DNA from: an uncultured Chloroflexia bacterium
GTDB lineage: Bacteria; Chloroflexota; Limnocylindria; Limnocylindrales; CSP1-4
DNA: 64,000 nucleotides
NCBI GenBank assembly: GCA_963705425.1
Contig: CAVPJO010000009.1
Location: 189,184-253,183 of the forward strand
Reading direction: 5' to 3'
The notes beneath the pieces are model-generated. The model did no database searches, had not been told where the DNA came from, and saw only the letters and a list, made by a program, of their open reading frames with translations. Below, piece after piece: positions 22,825-34,048 of this stretch. The position numbers and the translations under genes were made by a program. Within the stretch, counting starts at the first letter, position 1, and every line of letters begins with the position of its first letter.

Positions 22825-25667
22825 GCGGCGCGAGCGAGTCGCGCGAGCGCCACGCGAACAGGGCGGCTGAGACCAGCAATACGATGGCCACGACGACGAA
22901 CCCGGCCGCGAGCACGAGCGGGACCGGTATCGCTGCGCCGGCCTCAGGAACGGGCGTGGTCGGCAGCTGAGGTCCCACGAGTCCGGCCACCAGGGATGCG
23001 GAGAGCGGCATGGTGCCGGTCTGCAGTGCGCCCTCGGCGGCTCCCCCGTCGAGGGCTGCCGCGCGACGCACATCCGCCGTCGTTTCGACGACGACCTCCC
23101 GCCGTCCGCCGTTCCCGCGTGTCACCCGTCCCGTGACGTTGATGACCTCACCGACCTGCAGCCGCGGCTCGATGGGCTCGACGGCATCGCCCAGGCGGAC
23201 GACCCCGCGAGCGGTGCCGTCATCGAGCGTCAGCCGGCGCTCGGCCACAGCTTCCACGCGACCGCCGACCCGCACGAGACGGTCGTCGAGCTGCTCGAGC
23301 GAGCCGAACGTCGCCGTCAACACGCCGGCCTCGCTGCTGCCCGGTCCCTCACTGCCCGCCACGCCATAGGCCGCCTCGGACGCATCGTCGTCACCGTCAT
23401 CCGTGTCGCCCCCTTCGCCGTCGTCGTCCGTGTCTCGCTCGCCGCCCGCGACGGCACGGCCGAGCCTGATGTCCTTGCGAGAACGCGGTGCGATCGCGAA
23501 GCGCTGGTCGGACGCCGATGGGTGGGCCCGCCGGACGATGCCGGTGATGCGTGCGGTCCGCCCTGGCTCCAGCGGCTCGGAACTGATGTTGGCGCCGGCA
23601 AGGCCGACGACAGGCAGCTCACTGCCGTCGGCCAGGGCAACCTCTGCCCGCCACGTGTCTCCCGAGCGTTCGATATCGGTGAGGCGCACGGACACCCGGA
23701 CCAGCCGCCACTCGTCGGCCTCCGTGGGCGGTCGGCGCAGAACGGTCGGCACCACGCGCGATCGCTTCTTCAGGCGAGGGACGGTGGTGGCCTCGAGCTG
23801 CGGAGCGTCATACCAGGTGCCGACTTCGCCGGTGGCACGGATGATGCGACCGACGCCGGCGGGTTTCGTATCGGCCGGGTAGCGCACGAGGATGGCCCCG
23901 CTGCGATCCTGGACGGTGACACGACGGCCCTCGAGAATCGACCACGCCAGCCTTGGAGGTGACCACACCGACGATGGTCACGGTGCGGCCCGGCGTGGCG
24001 TTCTTGATGGCGACCTTCGGAGGCTTCGCGGTGGGCGGCTGATCGCCCGGCTCGTCCGCAGGCGGCGACGTTGGGCCCGGTGCCTCGTCGAGCACCACCA
24101 GGTCGGCCGCACCACGCAGCCACAGGCGATGACCGTCAGTCCCTCCGGACCTGCTGGCACGTTGGCCCACGATGCCGGTGGCGCGGACGCGCTGTCCCCG
24201 CGAGAGGCCGACGCCATCGAGCCCGACCGGCGCAAAGGCGTAGACCCGAGCCGAGCCCTTGTCGTCACCAACGGTCAGCGAGGTCGCGCCACTGCTGTAG
24301 CGATCGATGTCCGTCACGGTGGCGACGATCCTCCCGAGGAGTCCTTCGTTCCCCTCCTTGAGGCCAGTGCTGTCGATGGCGATGGGGTCGGGCAGGCCGC
24401 CGCTGCCGATGACGCTGATGTCAGCTGCGTCGGTGGGGCGTAGCTCCAGGTTGCCGTAGGGACCCGCGAGCACACCGCTGACCTGCATGATGGTGCCGCG
24501 CCCCAGTGCCTCGGTCGCATCGTCGTCCGGAAGGCGCACGGCGATGCCGCCGCTGGCGTCCTGGATGACCACGGTGCGGTCCCCGAGGATGCGTCCGGGC
24601 TGCACGGTGACCGTGCCGGTGACCGTGGCCATGGCCCCGACGCTCCGATCTCGAGCATCGCCGATGGGGAGCGACGACGGCAGGCCGGGCGTCGCGGTCG
24701 GCGCCGGACGCGGCGTCGACACCGGGCTGGGCGAGGTCGTGGGCACGGGTGTCGCTGGCGCGGACGGTGTAGGAGCCGGGGCCACGGTGGGCACAGGTGT
24801 CGGGACGACCGTCGGCTTCGGGGTCGGAGGCGCGGTCGGCGCCGGGGTGGCCGCCTCGGTCGGTGCCGGAGTAGGTCTCGGGGTGGGTGCCACCGTCGGC
24901 CTGGGGGTCGCCTTGGGCGTGGGTGCCACGGTCGGACCCGGCGTCGGCGCGGCAGTCGGCGCCGGAGTGACCTTCGGGGTCGGCCCGGGGGTCGCCTTGG
25001 GCGTGGGTGCCGCAGTGGGCTTCGGCGTGGGCTCCGGAGTCGGTTTCGGCGTCGGCTCCGGCGTGGGCGGTGGCGTTGCTGACGAGCCCTCCGGGACTGG
25101 ATCCGGGTTGATGACCGTGTCGGCCGCGTTGTCGTTGCTATCCCGGGAGTTGCCGGCTCCACCTCCGGGCTTGCGTTCGAGCGACATGCCGGCCTTGGGG
25201 GCCCCGCCAGGCGTTCCCTCCACGAACTCCGAGGCAGCACTGCCCCACGACAGCGAGTCGACCACCTCACCGCCCACCGCGCGGAGAACGAGCGAACCGC
25301 CGGTCGCACTCAGCCCGCCGCTATAGGTGTGGTCGGCGAGACCGGCATAGCCACCATCGACATTGGCAAGCAGGAGATGCCCACCAGGGCCTAGCCGACG
25401 ATCGTTCCACGTGTGCTTGCGCGTCACGGACTTGCCGCTGGCGCTGACGTACACCAGCTCCAGGCCGCCGAGCTGGACCGCATGGTCAGCGCCGTTGAAG
25501 AGCTCGGCGTACTCGTCGGATCCCGACGCGCCGCCGGTCACGACCTCAGCGACCACGACGCCCGATGAGGGTGGCCAGGCCACCGTGGCCGCCACTGACT
25601 GCGGCGCCGGCAGAGCCAGGAAGACGATCAGGAACAAGGGCAGGACCGAGCGCCAGGGCCGGGACAT
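22790..25667 (-). CDS. Secreted, C-terminally anchored lamin-tail-domain + multi-OB-fold protein; one frameshift near 23945
   Basis: Signal peptide; LTD motif VVVAEV...DEYAELFN; Pro/Thr linker; repeated TVTGTVT...[11 protein letters not shown]-type OB modules; acidic linker; C-terminal TM helix. Confidence 0.78.
24680..25080 (-). repeat. Low-complexity Pro/Thr/Ala coding repeats (PTPKPT/APTP) in the LTD-OB protein
   Basis: [34 protein letters not shown]... linker of about 130 aa. Confidence 0.8.
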
Positions 25668-25860
25668 CGTGGACCTCCGAGTCCGGCGGGTCGAGGGCGG
25701 GATTCTCCGACGCAGCTGTCCAGCCGCGAGCCAGGCCATCATCACCAGCGCCACTTGGCTGGCGCTTATCCACTCGTGGATACCCTTGCGTGCGGCGGGT
25801 ACGGGGCTTCCTGCGGTACCATCGCGCCGCCCCGATAACGCTGTGCAAGTAGGACTACAC

Positions 25861-26592
25861 GTGCCCCGTTCCAGGAATACCCGGATCCGTCCCAAGAACA
25901 CCAGCCGCGCCGAAGCACGCCGCCGACATCGCGATGAGACCCGCGAGACCGAGGCCGATCCCAACGCCGTCGACGAGTCCGCGGCGGCCGAGGAGGCCAC
26001 TCCCACGTCACGCAAGATGTTCGCGATGCCCGACGTCGCGGCGGACCTCAAGGCCCTGCCAGGCGTCTTCCGCAAACCGCTGGTGTGGCTGCCCTTCGGC
26101 CTGTTGCTGCTCGCCTTCGGGCTCGAGCTGGCTCGCCAGAACGGTGCCTTTCCGGAGGGCCAGGTCGCCGACATCCTCACCCTCTACATCCAGCTGACGC
26201 TGCCCCCGACCTCGCTGTTCGTGTTCTTCATCGGTGGTTTCGTGGCACCGCGCGCCTCATACCTGGTGGGTGGCCTGCTGGGCGTCTTCGACGCGGTCCT
26301 CATCACCCTCCTGGTCGTCCGCGACCAGGCTGCGCTCGAGGGCTCCGGGGTCACCGAGATGAGCAGTGGGGTGGTCTCGCTCGAGACGCTGGCTCCGCTC
26401 TGGGGCATGGCCATCCTGGTCGGAGTCTTCGCGGGTGGCTTCGCCGCCTGGTACCGCCGCTTCCTGCGCTCGTCGCAGGAACGTGCCGCTGCCAACCGCG
26501 CCGCCAAGGAGCGTGACCAGGCCGCCAAGGCCAAGGAGCAGGCACGCGCCGAGAAACAGGCCGCACGAGGCGCTCGCCGCAAGGACCAGTAG
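25861..26592 (+). CDS. Hypothetical 4-TM membrane protein with charged termini
   Basis: GTG start; TM segments ([41 protein letters not shown]); Ala/Lys/Arg-rich helical tail. Confidence 0.7.
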   Translation: MPRSRNTRIRPKNTSRAEARRRHRDETRETEADPNAVDESAAAEEATPTSRKMFAMPDVAADLKALPGVFRKPLVWLPFGLLLLAFGLELARQNGAFPEGQVADILTLYIQLTLPPTSLFVFFIGGFVAPRASYLVGGLLGVFDAVLITLLVVRDQAALEGSGVTEMSSGVVSLETLAPLWGMAILVGVFAGGFAAWYRRFLRSSQERAAANRAAKERDQAAKAKEQARAEKQAARGARRKDQ

Positions 26593-26632
26593 CCCCGGAG
26601 CGAGCTCGGCGGCACCACCTGCCGCTGAGCCC

Positions 26633-29600
26633 TCAGCCCATGCGGCGCATGCCGGCGTGGCCCAGCTGGCGAACGCCCTCGGGATGCTCCGGCCCACCAC
26701 GCTCGCGGCAGACCTCCACCAGTGGCCGGATACGCCGGGCCACGAGGTTGATGACACCCGAGTCGACCTGCAGCTCACCCTCGACGTAGAGCAGCGCGTG
26801 GCGTCGGACGACCGCACGCAGGCGACCCCAGACCTTGGGCCACAGGGTCACGTTGACCATGCCCGTCTCATCCTCGAGCGCCAGGAAGACCGTGCCCTTG
26901 GCGGTCATGGGGTGCTGCCGGGTGACGACCAGACCGCCGATGGCCACCCGCCCCGGTCGTCGATCGGCCAGCGCCGAGAGCGTCGAGGCACCGATCGACT
27001 CCAGCGCCGGCCGGTACAACTCCATGACCTGGTGCCGAGCATCGAGCGAGAGGATGGCGTAGGCATCGCCGAGCCGCTCCAGCTCGCTCGGCGGTGGCAG
27101 TGCCGGTGCCGGGGTCGGCGGCAGGCGGATGTCCAGCGGCCGCTCCCGGGCGGTTCGTGAGCCGAGCGAACGACCGTCGCTCCGGCCCCGCGCCGCACCG
27201 ACGACCTCGCGCAGCTGCCACAGTGCCTCGCGGCGAGGCTGCCCCAGCGAATCCAGCGACACCGGCGCGGATGAGCCGCTCGACGACCTCTTCGGACAGC
27301 TCCGGTGCGCGCCACCAGGTCGGCCAGCGAGCGGAACGGACCGCCCTCGCGCCCGCGCCGCATCGAGTCGCTCCCCTTCTGCTTCGCCGATGCCCTTGAC
27401 CAGGTGCAGCCCGAGGCGGATGCCGTAGCCGCCCGCGCTGGGCGCCGCGAAACGGTCGCGGGCCGCCTCGTCCGGCAGCACCACGGCGGACGACCCGACG
27501 ACCTCCGGCCGCCGCTCGATACCCGCGTCCGGAGGCAGCGGTGAACCGCGGATGCCCGACCCACTCGGTCGTCGTTCGGAAGCGGCTGGCGTTGACGTCG
27601 ACCGGCAGCACCGCCACGCCGTGCCGCTTGGCGTCGTTGATGAGCACCTCGACCGGGTAGAAGCCCATCGGCTGCGCGTTGATGAGCCCGGTCACGAACT
27701 GTGCCGGATAGAACAGCTTCAGGAAGGCGGACTCGTAGGCGGTCCGGGCGAAGGCCGCGGCATGGCTCTTGTTGAAACCGAAGCTGGCGAAGCCGGCGAC
27801 CTTGCCGAAGAGCTCCTCGGCCGCCTCGGGCGCGAGACCACTGCTGCGGATGCAGCCCTCCACGAAACCGGTATGCAGCTTCTCCATCTCCTTGCTCGAA
27901 CGCCAGGTGCCCATGGCCCGGCGGAAGCCATCGGAGTCGGCGGCGCTGAAGCCGGCCACGTCGATGGCGATCTTCATGACCTGCTCCTGGTAGAGGATCA
28001 CGCCCAGCGTCTCGGCCAGGATCGGCTCCAGGGCGGGGTGCAGGTAGGTCACCGGCTCGATGCCCTGGCGCCGGCGCAGGTAGGGGTGGACGGCGTCACC
28101 CTGGATGGGTCCGGGCCGGATGATGGCCACCTCCACGACGAGGTCGTCGAGCGTCTCTGGTCGGCTCTTGGGCAGCGTCTGCATCTGGGCCCGCGACTCG
28201 ATCTGGAAGACGCCGACCGTGTCTGCCGCGCAGATCATGCGGAAGACCTCATCGATGTCCTCGGGCAGCCGGTCCAGGTCGAGGCACACCGCACAATCGG
28301 CCTTGATGTCTCGCAGGGCGTCGTCGATGGCCGAGAGCATGCGCAGGCCGAGCAGGTCGAGCTTGATGAGCTTCATCGTCTCGATGTCGCGCTTGTCGAA
28401 CTGGACGACCACGCGACCGGGCATGGTGGCGTGCTCGAGCGGCGCGATATCCACGAGCGGGGCGCGGGTCACGAGCATGCCCCCGACATGGATCGAGAGG
28501 TGCCGCGGCCGACCATCGATGCGGGCACACAGCTCCAGCCAGCGATCCCACGGCGAGAGACCCAGCGTCGAGCCACGCCGACGCGGTGGCAGCGGATCGA
28601 GCTCGATGGCACCCACGCTGGTCGGGATGATCGCGCCGCTCGGGATCGAGCTCGGCCTCAACCGTGGCCGTTCCGCTCAGCGAAGCCAGGGCCAGCCGGC
28701 GCTCCGGATTCGTGGCGCAGGAAGTGCTCGCTCGCAGGCGTGTCTCCGGGACCACCCTCGTCATCGATCGGGCCCGGGCGCAGGTCGCTCGTGGGGCGAT
28801 CCGGCGCAGCTCACCCATGTCGTCGAGCAGCTGCCGAACACCGGCGCCACCCTCAGCCGGGGCGCTGAAGAACTCGGCGAAGCCGCCGTCGGCCTCAAGG
28901 TCGCGACGCACCTGCACCGAGTCGTACGTCTCGAGCGCCTTGGCCACGCGATCGACCAGCGGCCGCGGGAAGCCCAGCGCGTAGCCCACCTCGCGCACGG
29001 CCGAGCGTGCCCGGTAGGTGACGATGTTGCAGACCATGCCGGTGTGCTCGGGCCCGTAGCGCTCGTAGACGTAGCCGGATGACCTCCTCGCGCCGTGACG
29101 AGGCGAAGTCGATGTCGACATCGGGATAGGTGGTGCGGCCCTCGTTGATGAAGCGCTCGAAGAGCAACTCATGGCGGATGGGGTCGACGCGGGTGATGCC
29201 CAGGGCATAGGCCACGATGGAGTCACCGGCGCTGCCGCGGCCCTGGGCAGGGATGCCGCGCTCGCGGCTGAAGCGCATCAGGTCCCAGCAGATGAGGAAG
29301 AACTCCGCGAGCCCGGTGCGCTCGATGACCTCGAGTTCGTGGGCCATCTGCTTGAGCACGCGCGGCGTGATGGGGTGGTAGCGCTTGCGCACGCCGTCAT
29401 GGCAGAGGCGCTCGAGGTAGGAGAAGGACGTCTCCCCGCCGGGTACCGGGAAGCCCGGGAAGCGGTAACGCTCGAACTCCAGCGCCACCTGGCAGCGTTC
29501 CGCCACCTCGGCTGAACGCTTGATGCCGTCGAGCCAGGCATGACGCACCAGCGGATCGCCGTCCGCGCCCGGCGGCAAGGCCGCCAGCTCGGCCCCGTTC

Positions 29601-30490
29601 TTCAGGGCGTACTCGGCGTTGGGCCGGCGCAGGTGTGCCGCCGCCTCGAGGTCCTGCCCGTGGCGGATCGACACGAGCACGTCCTGCAGCTCCCGGTCGG
29701 AGCGCAGCGCGTAGTGGGCATCGTTGGTCACGACCGTGGGCAGGCCGGCCTCATGAGCCAGCCGCGCCAGCTCCGCGACCAGCCAGTCATCGTCGGGCAG
29801 GAGGTGATGCTGCAGCTCCACGTAGAGGCCATCCCTTGCGGCGATGGCCTCCAGCCGTGCCAGCGCCCGGGCGGCTCCCTCGCGATCGCCGGCCAGCAGC
29901 CGTCGCGACAGCTCTCCATGGCGGCAGCCGGTCAGGACGACGAGGCCATCGCGATGCTGCTCGAGCAGTTCATGCCTGAAGCGCGGCACGCCCTTGCTGC
30001 CCGCGAGGTGGGCGGCGCTGCTGAGACGACACAGGTTGGCGTAGCCGGTCTGGTCCTGGGCCAGCAGCGTCAGGTGCGGACCCAGCTCGCGCGGACGTAC
30101 GCCGCGGAGATCCTCGCCGGCGCGGCTCGCGATGGCCCGGCGGCCGCTGTCTGGTCATGACCGGACGAGCCGGCTGCCCGGCTCCCGGGTCCGGTCCTGG
30201 AGGCGCGGGCTGCATGACGCTGCCGTCGCCGCGGTGGCACCACGATGCCGTGCTGCATCGACGACCGCGGCATCGATGAGCTCGACCTCCATGCCCACGA
30301 CCGCGTGCAGGCCGGCCTCGCGGGCAGCAGCCGAGAAGCGCACCGCCCCGTAGAGGCCCTGGTGGTCGGTGACCGCGAGCCCTGACAGCCCCAGCTCGAG
30401 CGCTCGCTCGACCAGGTCATCGGCCGGCGAGGCGCCGTCGAGGAACGAGAAGTCGGTATGGCAGTGCAGCTCCGCGAAGGCCTTCGTCAC
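26633..30490 (-). CDS. dnaE2: Error-prone DNA polymerase III alpha DnaE2 (ImuC); multiple frameshifts
   Basis: FAELHCHTDFSFLDGAS (PHP), QGRGSAG, LFERFI, PDVDIDF, PRHLSIHVGG, KLDLLGL, FQIESRAQM, NAQPMGFY and RQHPMTAKGTVFLALEDETG motifs; next to imuA/imuB. Confidence 0.95.
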
Positions 30491-30501
30491 CGGCGTCGAT
30501 G

Positions 30502-30519
30502 ATAGAACATCTGTTCTAT
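30502..30519. promoter_or_regulatory. LexA (SOS/Cheo-type) box overlapping the dnaE2 promoter
   Basis: ATAGAAC-ATCT-GTTCTAT palindrome; minus-strand -10 TATCAT (30499-30504) lies 8 nt before GTG 30490. Confidence 0.9.
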
Positions 30520-30589
30520 TCGTGACCGTTCCGAATCGATGCGCTGGTGCGTCCTGTCAACACCGCGGGAAGGAGTACGATCGCAGGCA

Positions 30590-31507
30590 GTGGCAGACAG
30601 GGGCCTGCAAGCGTACGCCGTGCCCTCGGCGCGAGCGGGCCAGCAACCAGACCCCGCTGCGCGCCGTGACGCCCTATCCGGGCTGATGACGGGCGGTTTC
30701 CTCGTTGGCCATCATCGCCACCGTCCTGGCCATCGTCGTCGCTGCGCCCCAGTACGCCGAGCCGGCAGCCGGCGCGGTATCGCCGAGCTCGAGAGCAGCG
30801 CGCCCTCCCCCGGCCTCGAGAGTCGCACGGGTCACGGTCGAGCCCGAGGTCATCGACCTCCGAGCCCACCGACCAAGCTCAAGGGCTACCGCTGGCCGGT
30901 CCGCGGCGGCCAGATCGACGACCTACTACGACTCGCGACAAGAGCGGGCGACTTCGAGATCGAGGGCAAGCCGCGTCCACGACGGCCTCGTCATCACCTG
31001 GTTCGAGGGCGCCGAGGTCAAGGCTGCCCACGCCGGCACGGTCGTGGCGGCCGGCCGGGACTGGGCGCGAATACGTCGGCTACGACGGCTCACTCGACAA
31101 GGTCTACGCGCGCTACGCGGGTGGGTCGGCCAAGAAATCGGCCACAAGAAGGGGAAGAACAAGAAGCCGCCGTTCCCGCTGGGCATCGTCATCGACGACG
31201 GCAACGGCTACTACAGCGTCTACTCGGAGCTCGATGACCTGCGTGTCAAGGCCGGCGAACAAGGTCAAGGCCGGCCAGACCATCGGCGACATGTCTCGAG
31301 CTGAGGGCAAGCAGATGATGCGCTACCGGCTGGTGCGCATGGACGGGCCGCCGATGAAGGTGCGCCAGGCTGCCCGCGAGCGCGGCTATCCGCCACTACG
31401 CCCGCGAGCGTGTCGATCCACTGGCCGTGCTCAGCCTGGAGGCCCAGCGCATGCCCAAGACGCCACGCAAGCCACCCCGGAAGCCACCCCGCCTCTCCGA
31501 GTACTAG
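30590..31507 (+). CDS. M23/LytM-fold membrane-anchored protein, apparently catalytically degenerate; frameshifted
   Basis: N-terminal TM; YRWPVRGG, HDGLVI...EVKAAHAGTVVAAG, IVIDDGNGYYSVYSEL..LRVKAG.KVKAGQTIG and VDPLAVL motifs. Confidence 0.75.
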
Positions 31508-31534
31508 CCCGGTCCTCGTGGCGGCGACCGCTGC

Positions 31535-31783
31535 CTAGTCATAGAGGCGCTCCAGGTGCCAGGAGCCGTCGAGGCCATCGCGATAGACGAGCGCCAGCAC
31601 CCGCGGCCCTACCACCTTGAAATAGTCGCGCACGAGCGGCCGGCGCCACCAGGCCTCCTCGATGCGCCAGTGGTTGCAGGCCTCGACCGGCTCGTGGACA
31701 CCCGGCCAGCGCAGCCCGATCGGCCAGCCACGGGCATCGACCTCGACCTCGATGGCGGGGTGCTGGCCCAGCAGCCGGGTCAT
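31535..31783 (-). CDS. Small ImuB-C-like (DUF6504-like) protein
   Basis: MTRLL...IEV...P..LRW.G...WRIEEAWW...RDYFKV...LVYRD..DGSWHLERLYD; ATGA overlap with the imuB stop. Confidence 0.8.
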   Translation of the reverse strand: MTRLLGQHPAIEVEVDARGWPIGLRWPGVHEPVEACNHWRIEEAWWRRPLVRDYFKVVGPRVLALVYRDGLDGSWHLERLYD

Positions 31784-33018
31784 GACCCGAACCGGCGGCG
31801 TCGTGCCAGCTGAAGCGCTGCTCGGCGAGGGGCGCCTCGACGTCGTCGGTGCTGGCACGCAGGATGCGATCCTCGCCGAAGCGGATGGCCAGGCTGGCCA
31901 GCTGCCACTCCAGGCGGGCAGCCTGGGCCCCCTGGCGGCTGAACAACGTCAGCTGCTGGCCGGCCTCCGGCGCGGTGCCATCGAGCTCCAGCGCCAGGCG
32001 CTCCACCGGGGCGGACGGCGGCGCCGCCTCCAGGCGAGCCATCAGCAGCCGCTCCAGCAGCTCGGCCGCGGCGGACGGCTCCGGCAGTGCCTGCCGGTAC
32101 TGCAGCAGACGCCGGCCCCGGATCGCGCTGCGGCAGCTCCAGCGACAGCGTCAGCGTGGCCCGGGCCGCACCGGCACCACGCGCCGCAGAGCTGCTCACA
32201 GAGCGTGCCGCAGAGGTGGTGGAGCACGAAGCGCAGCGGCTCCAGCTGCTTCTGCCGGCGGCTCCAGCTCCACGTCCGCGGCGAGGCGCTCCACCGGACG
32301 ACGCGGCCGCAGCGGCCGCCGGTCCATGCCCCGGACGAGGTCATGCAGCTCGGCACCGGCCGCGCCGAACCGGGCCACCACCGCGGAGTGATCGAGCGCC
32401 GCCAGCTCCCCCATCGTGCTGCAGGCCCAGCACACGCAGACGCTCCTGCGTCCCGGCATCCGCCGGCAGCAGGCCCAGCGGCAGCGGCGCCAGGAAGGCC
32501 GCCTCCTCGCGCCGGCCACCGGTCGGGATGGCACCGGCACCGACACGTGCCGCCACGGCCGCTCCGAAGCGGGTGTTGCCGATGCCCGTGCGCGGCCGTC
32601 CCGGCAGCAGCGGCGCCACCAGGGCCAGCGCGCGGTGCACCAGCGCCGGCTCATCACCCCACAGCCGAGCCAGGCCCTCGATGCCGATGAGGATCCGACC
32701 GAAACGCGGGTCGGCCGGGTCGACCTCCCCTTCCACGGCCGGGGCCAGGCTGCTCAGCGCATCCAGCGCCCCCTCGAACGGATCTGCCAGCGCGGCTGGG
32801 TCGAGCGGCAGGAAGAGCGCCTCCGGGACCAGGCTGTGGGCCGTGCCCAGCGGCTGTCCGCGGCGCACGCCCAGCGCACCGGCAGCCGGGCTGCGGTCGA
32901 GCACCGGACCCGGGTCCCAGGGCCGTCCACCCAGGACGACCGCCTCCTCCGGACCCGGGTCACGGCCCAGCGCCAGCCGCAGCGGCAGGTGCGGCCAGTC
33001 CAGGTACAGCAGGCGCAT
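31780..33018 (-). CDS. imuB: ImuB (inactive Y-family polymerase-like mutasome scaffold); frameshifted
   Basis: SPAAGALGVRRGQPL..AHSLVP, FLAPLPL..L, ERLRVLGL, clamp motif QQLTLF, RecA-NT-like LASLAIRFGEDRILR. Confidence 0.88.
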
Positions 33019-33052
33019 GGTTCGCTCGATGGCACGTGCGCGCGAGGCGCGG

Positions 33053-34009
33053 TCAGACCACGACCAGGCGCGGCGCCGGCCGTTCCATCGAGCTGGCCAG
33101 CTCGACTCGAGCGGGCCCGGCTCGGCGACTCCGGCGGCGGCCTCAGCCGTCCGAGACCAGCCGATGGGTGGCCACGGAGCGCTCACCGTCCGCGAGGTAG
33201 TGGATGTCCAGGTCCACGCTGCGACCCGGTGGCCCATAGCGGTTCTTGGCCACGGCGACGGCCGTGCGCTGCCCGACCACGTCCCGACCCAGGCGCAGCC
33301 AGGCCCGCCGCTCCAGCTCCAGCCGCAGGCCGGTGCTCCTGAGCCAGGGCGGCCTGAAGCGACGCCGCCAGCGAGGCCGGCTCCAGCACGATGAGGCGAG
33401 CGCCGACCCGGCGGGCGTGGGCCGCGAGGCGGCGCAGCTGCTCGTCGAGCGCGCGCGCGCGAACGGGCCGGCAGGTCCACCACCAGCAGGCCCACGCAGC
33501 GACCCGACAGCAGCGCACCGGCCAGGCCGAAGCCCTCCTGCGTATCCGCCGGACGGATGACCAGCAGCCAGCGCAGGTCCACGCCCCGGCCGACCGCCTC
33601 CACCGGGTCGAAGGCGCGGGCGAGGTCCAGCCAGGCCACGATGTCACCGCCGGCCTGGGCCTCCGCGACGCAGCGCAGCGCCAGCGTGGTCTTGCCGCTC
33701 GACGGACCACCGCGGACGACGACGCTGGCCTCCGGCGGCAGCCCCGACGGCCCGAGGATGGCATCCAGCGCCGGGAAGCCGGTGGAGATGACGCCCGGCC
33801 CGGAGCCTCCGGAGTCTGGACGCGGTGCCCCCGGGTGGGAGTCCGGGAGCACCGCGAGGGCGAGGGCGCCATGGACGGCCGGAGCCTCATCGACCCGCTG
33901 CTGCTGCCGACCCGACCGGGCGGCCGTCGCCCAGCCGGACAGCAGCACTGCCCCAGCGGGTCTGGAGGGTGGCGAGGGCACTGCTGAGGGGCTCTGATGA
34001 CCGTTCCAT
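33053..34009 (-). CDS. imuA: ImuA / RecA-like mutasome ATPase; frameshifted, ends approximate
   Basis: ISTGFPALDAILG..GLP, GGPSSGKTT, AWLD...FDP...GVDL..LLVIRP and LLVVDL motifs; first gene of the cassette, behind an SOS box. Confidence 0.85.
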
Positions 34010-34019
34010 GGCCCGACGA

Positions 34020-34048
34020 ATCATCGAACATCTGTTCTAATTCGTCAA
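34020..34048 (-). promoter_or_regulatory. imuA promoter with a LexA box in the spacer
   Basis: Minus strand TTGACG-17 nt-GATGAT; GAAC-ATCT-GTTC at 34026-34037. Confidence 0.85.

Noticed and set aside
24680-25080. CRISPR-like or noncoding tandem repeats (also 11400-11590 and 39480-39640)
   Set aside because: Degenerate coding repeats of Pro/Thr or Lys/Ala/Thr linkers; no constant repeat-spacer pattern and no cas genes
28560-28860. Intein in DnaE2
   Set aside because: No Cys/Ser start, His-Asn end or LAGLIDADG motif seen; the insert is short and low-complexity
33053-34009. Canonical recA
   Set aside because: Lacks RecA hallmark regions (MAW N-terminus, FINQ/L2 loop, C-terminal domain) and heads an imuB-dnaE2 cassette
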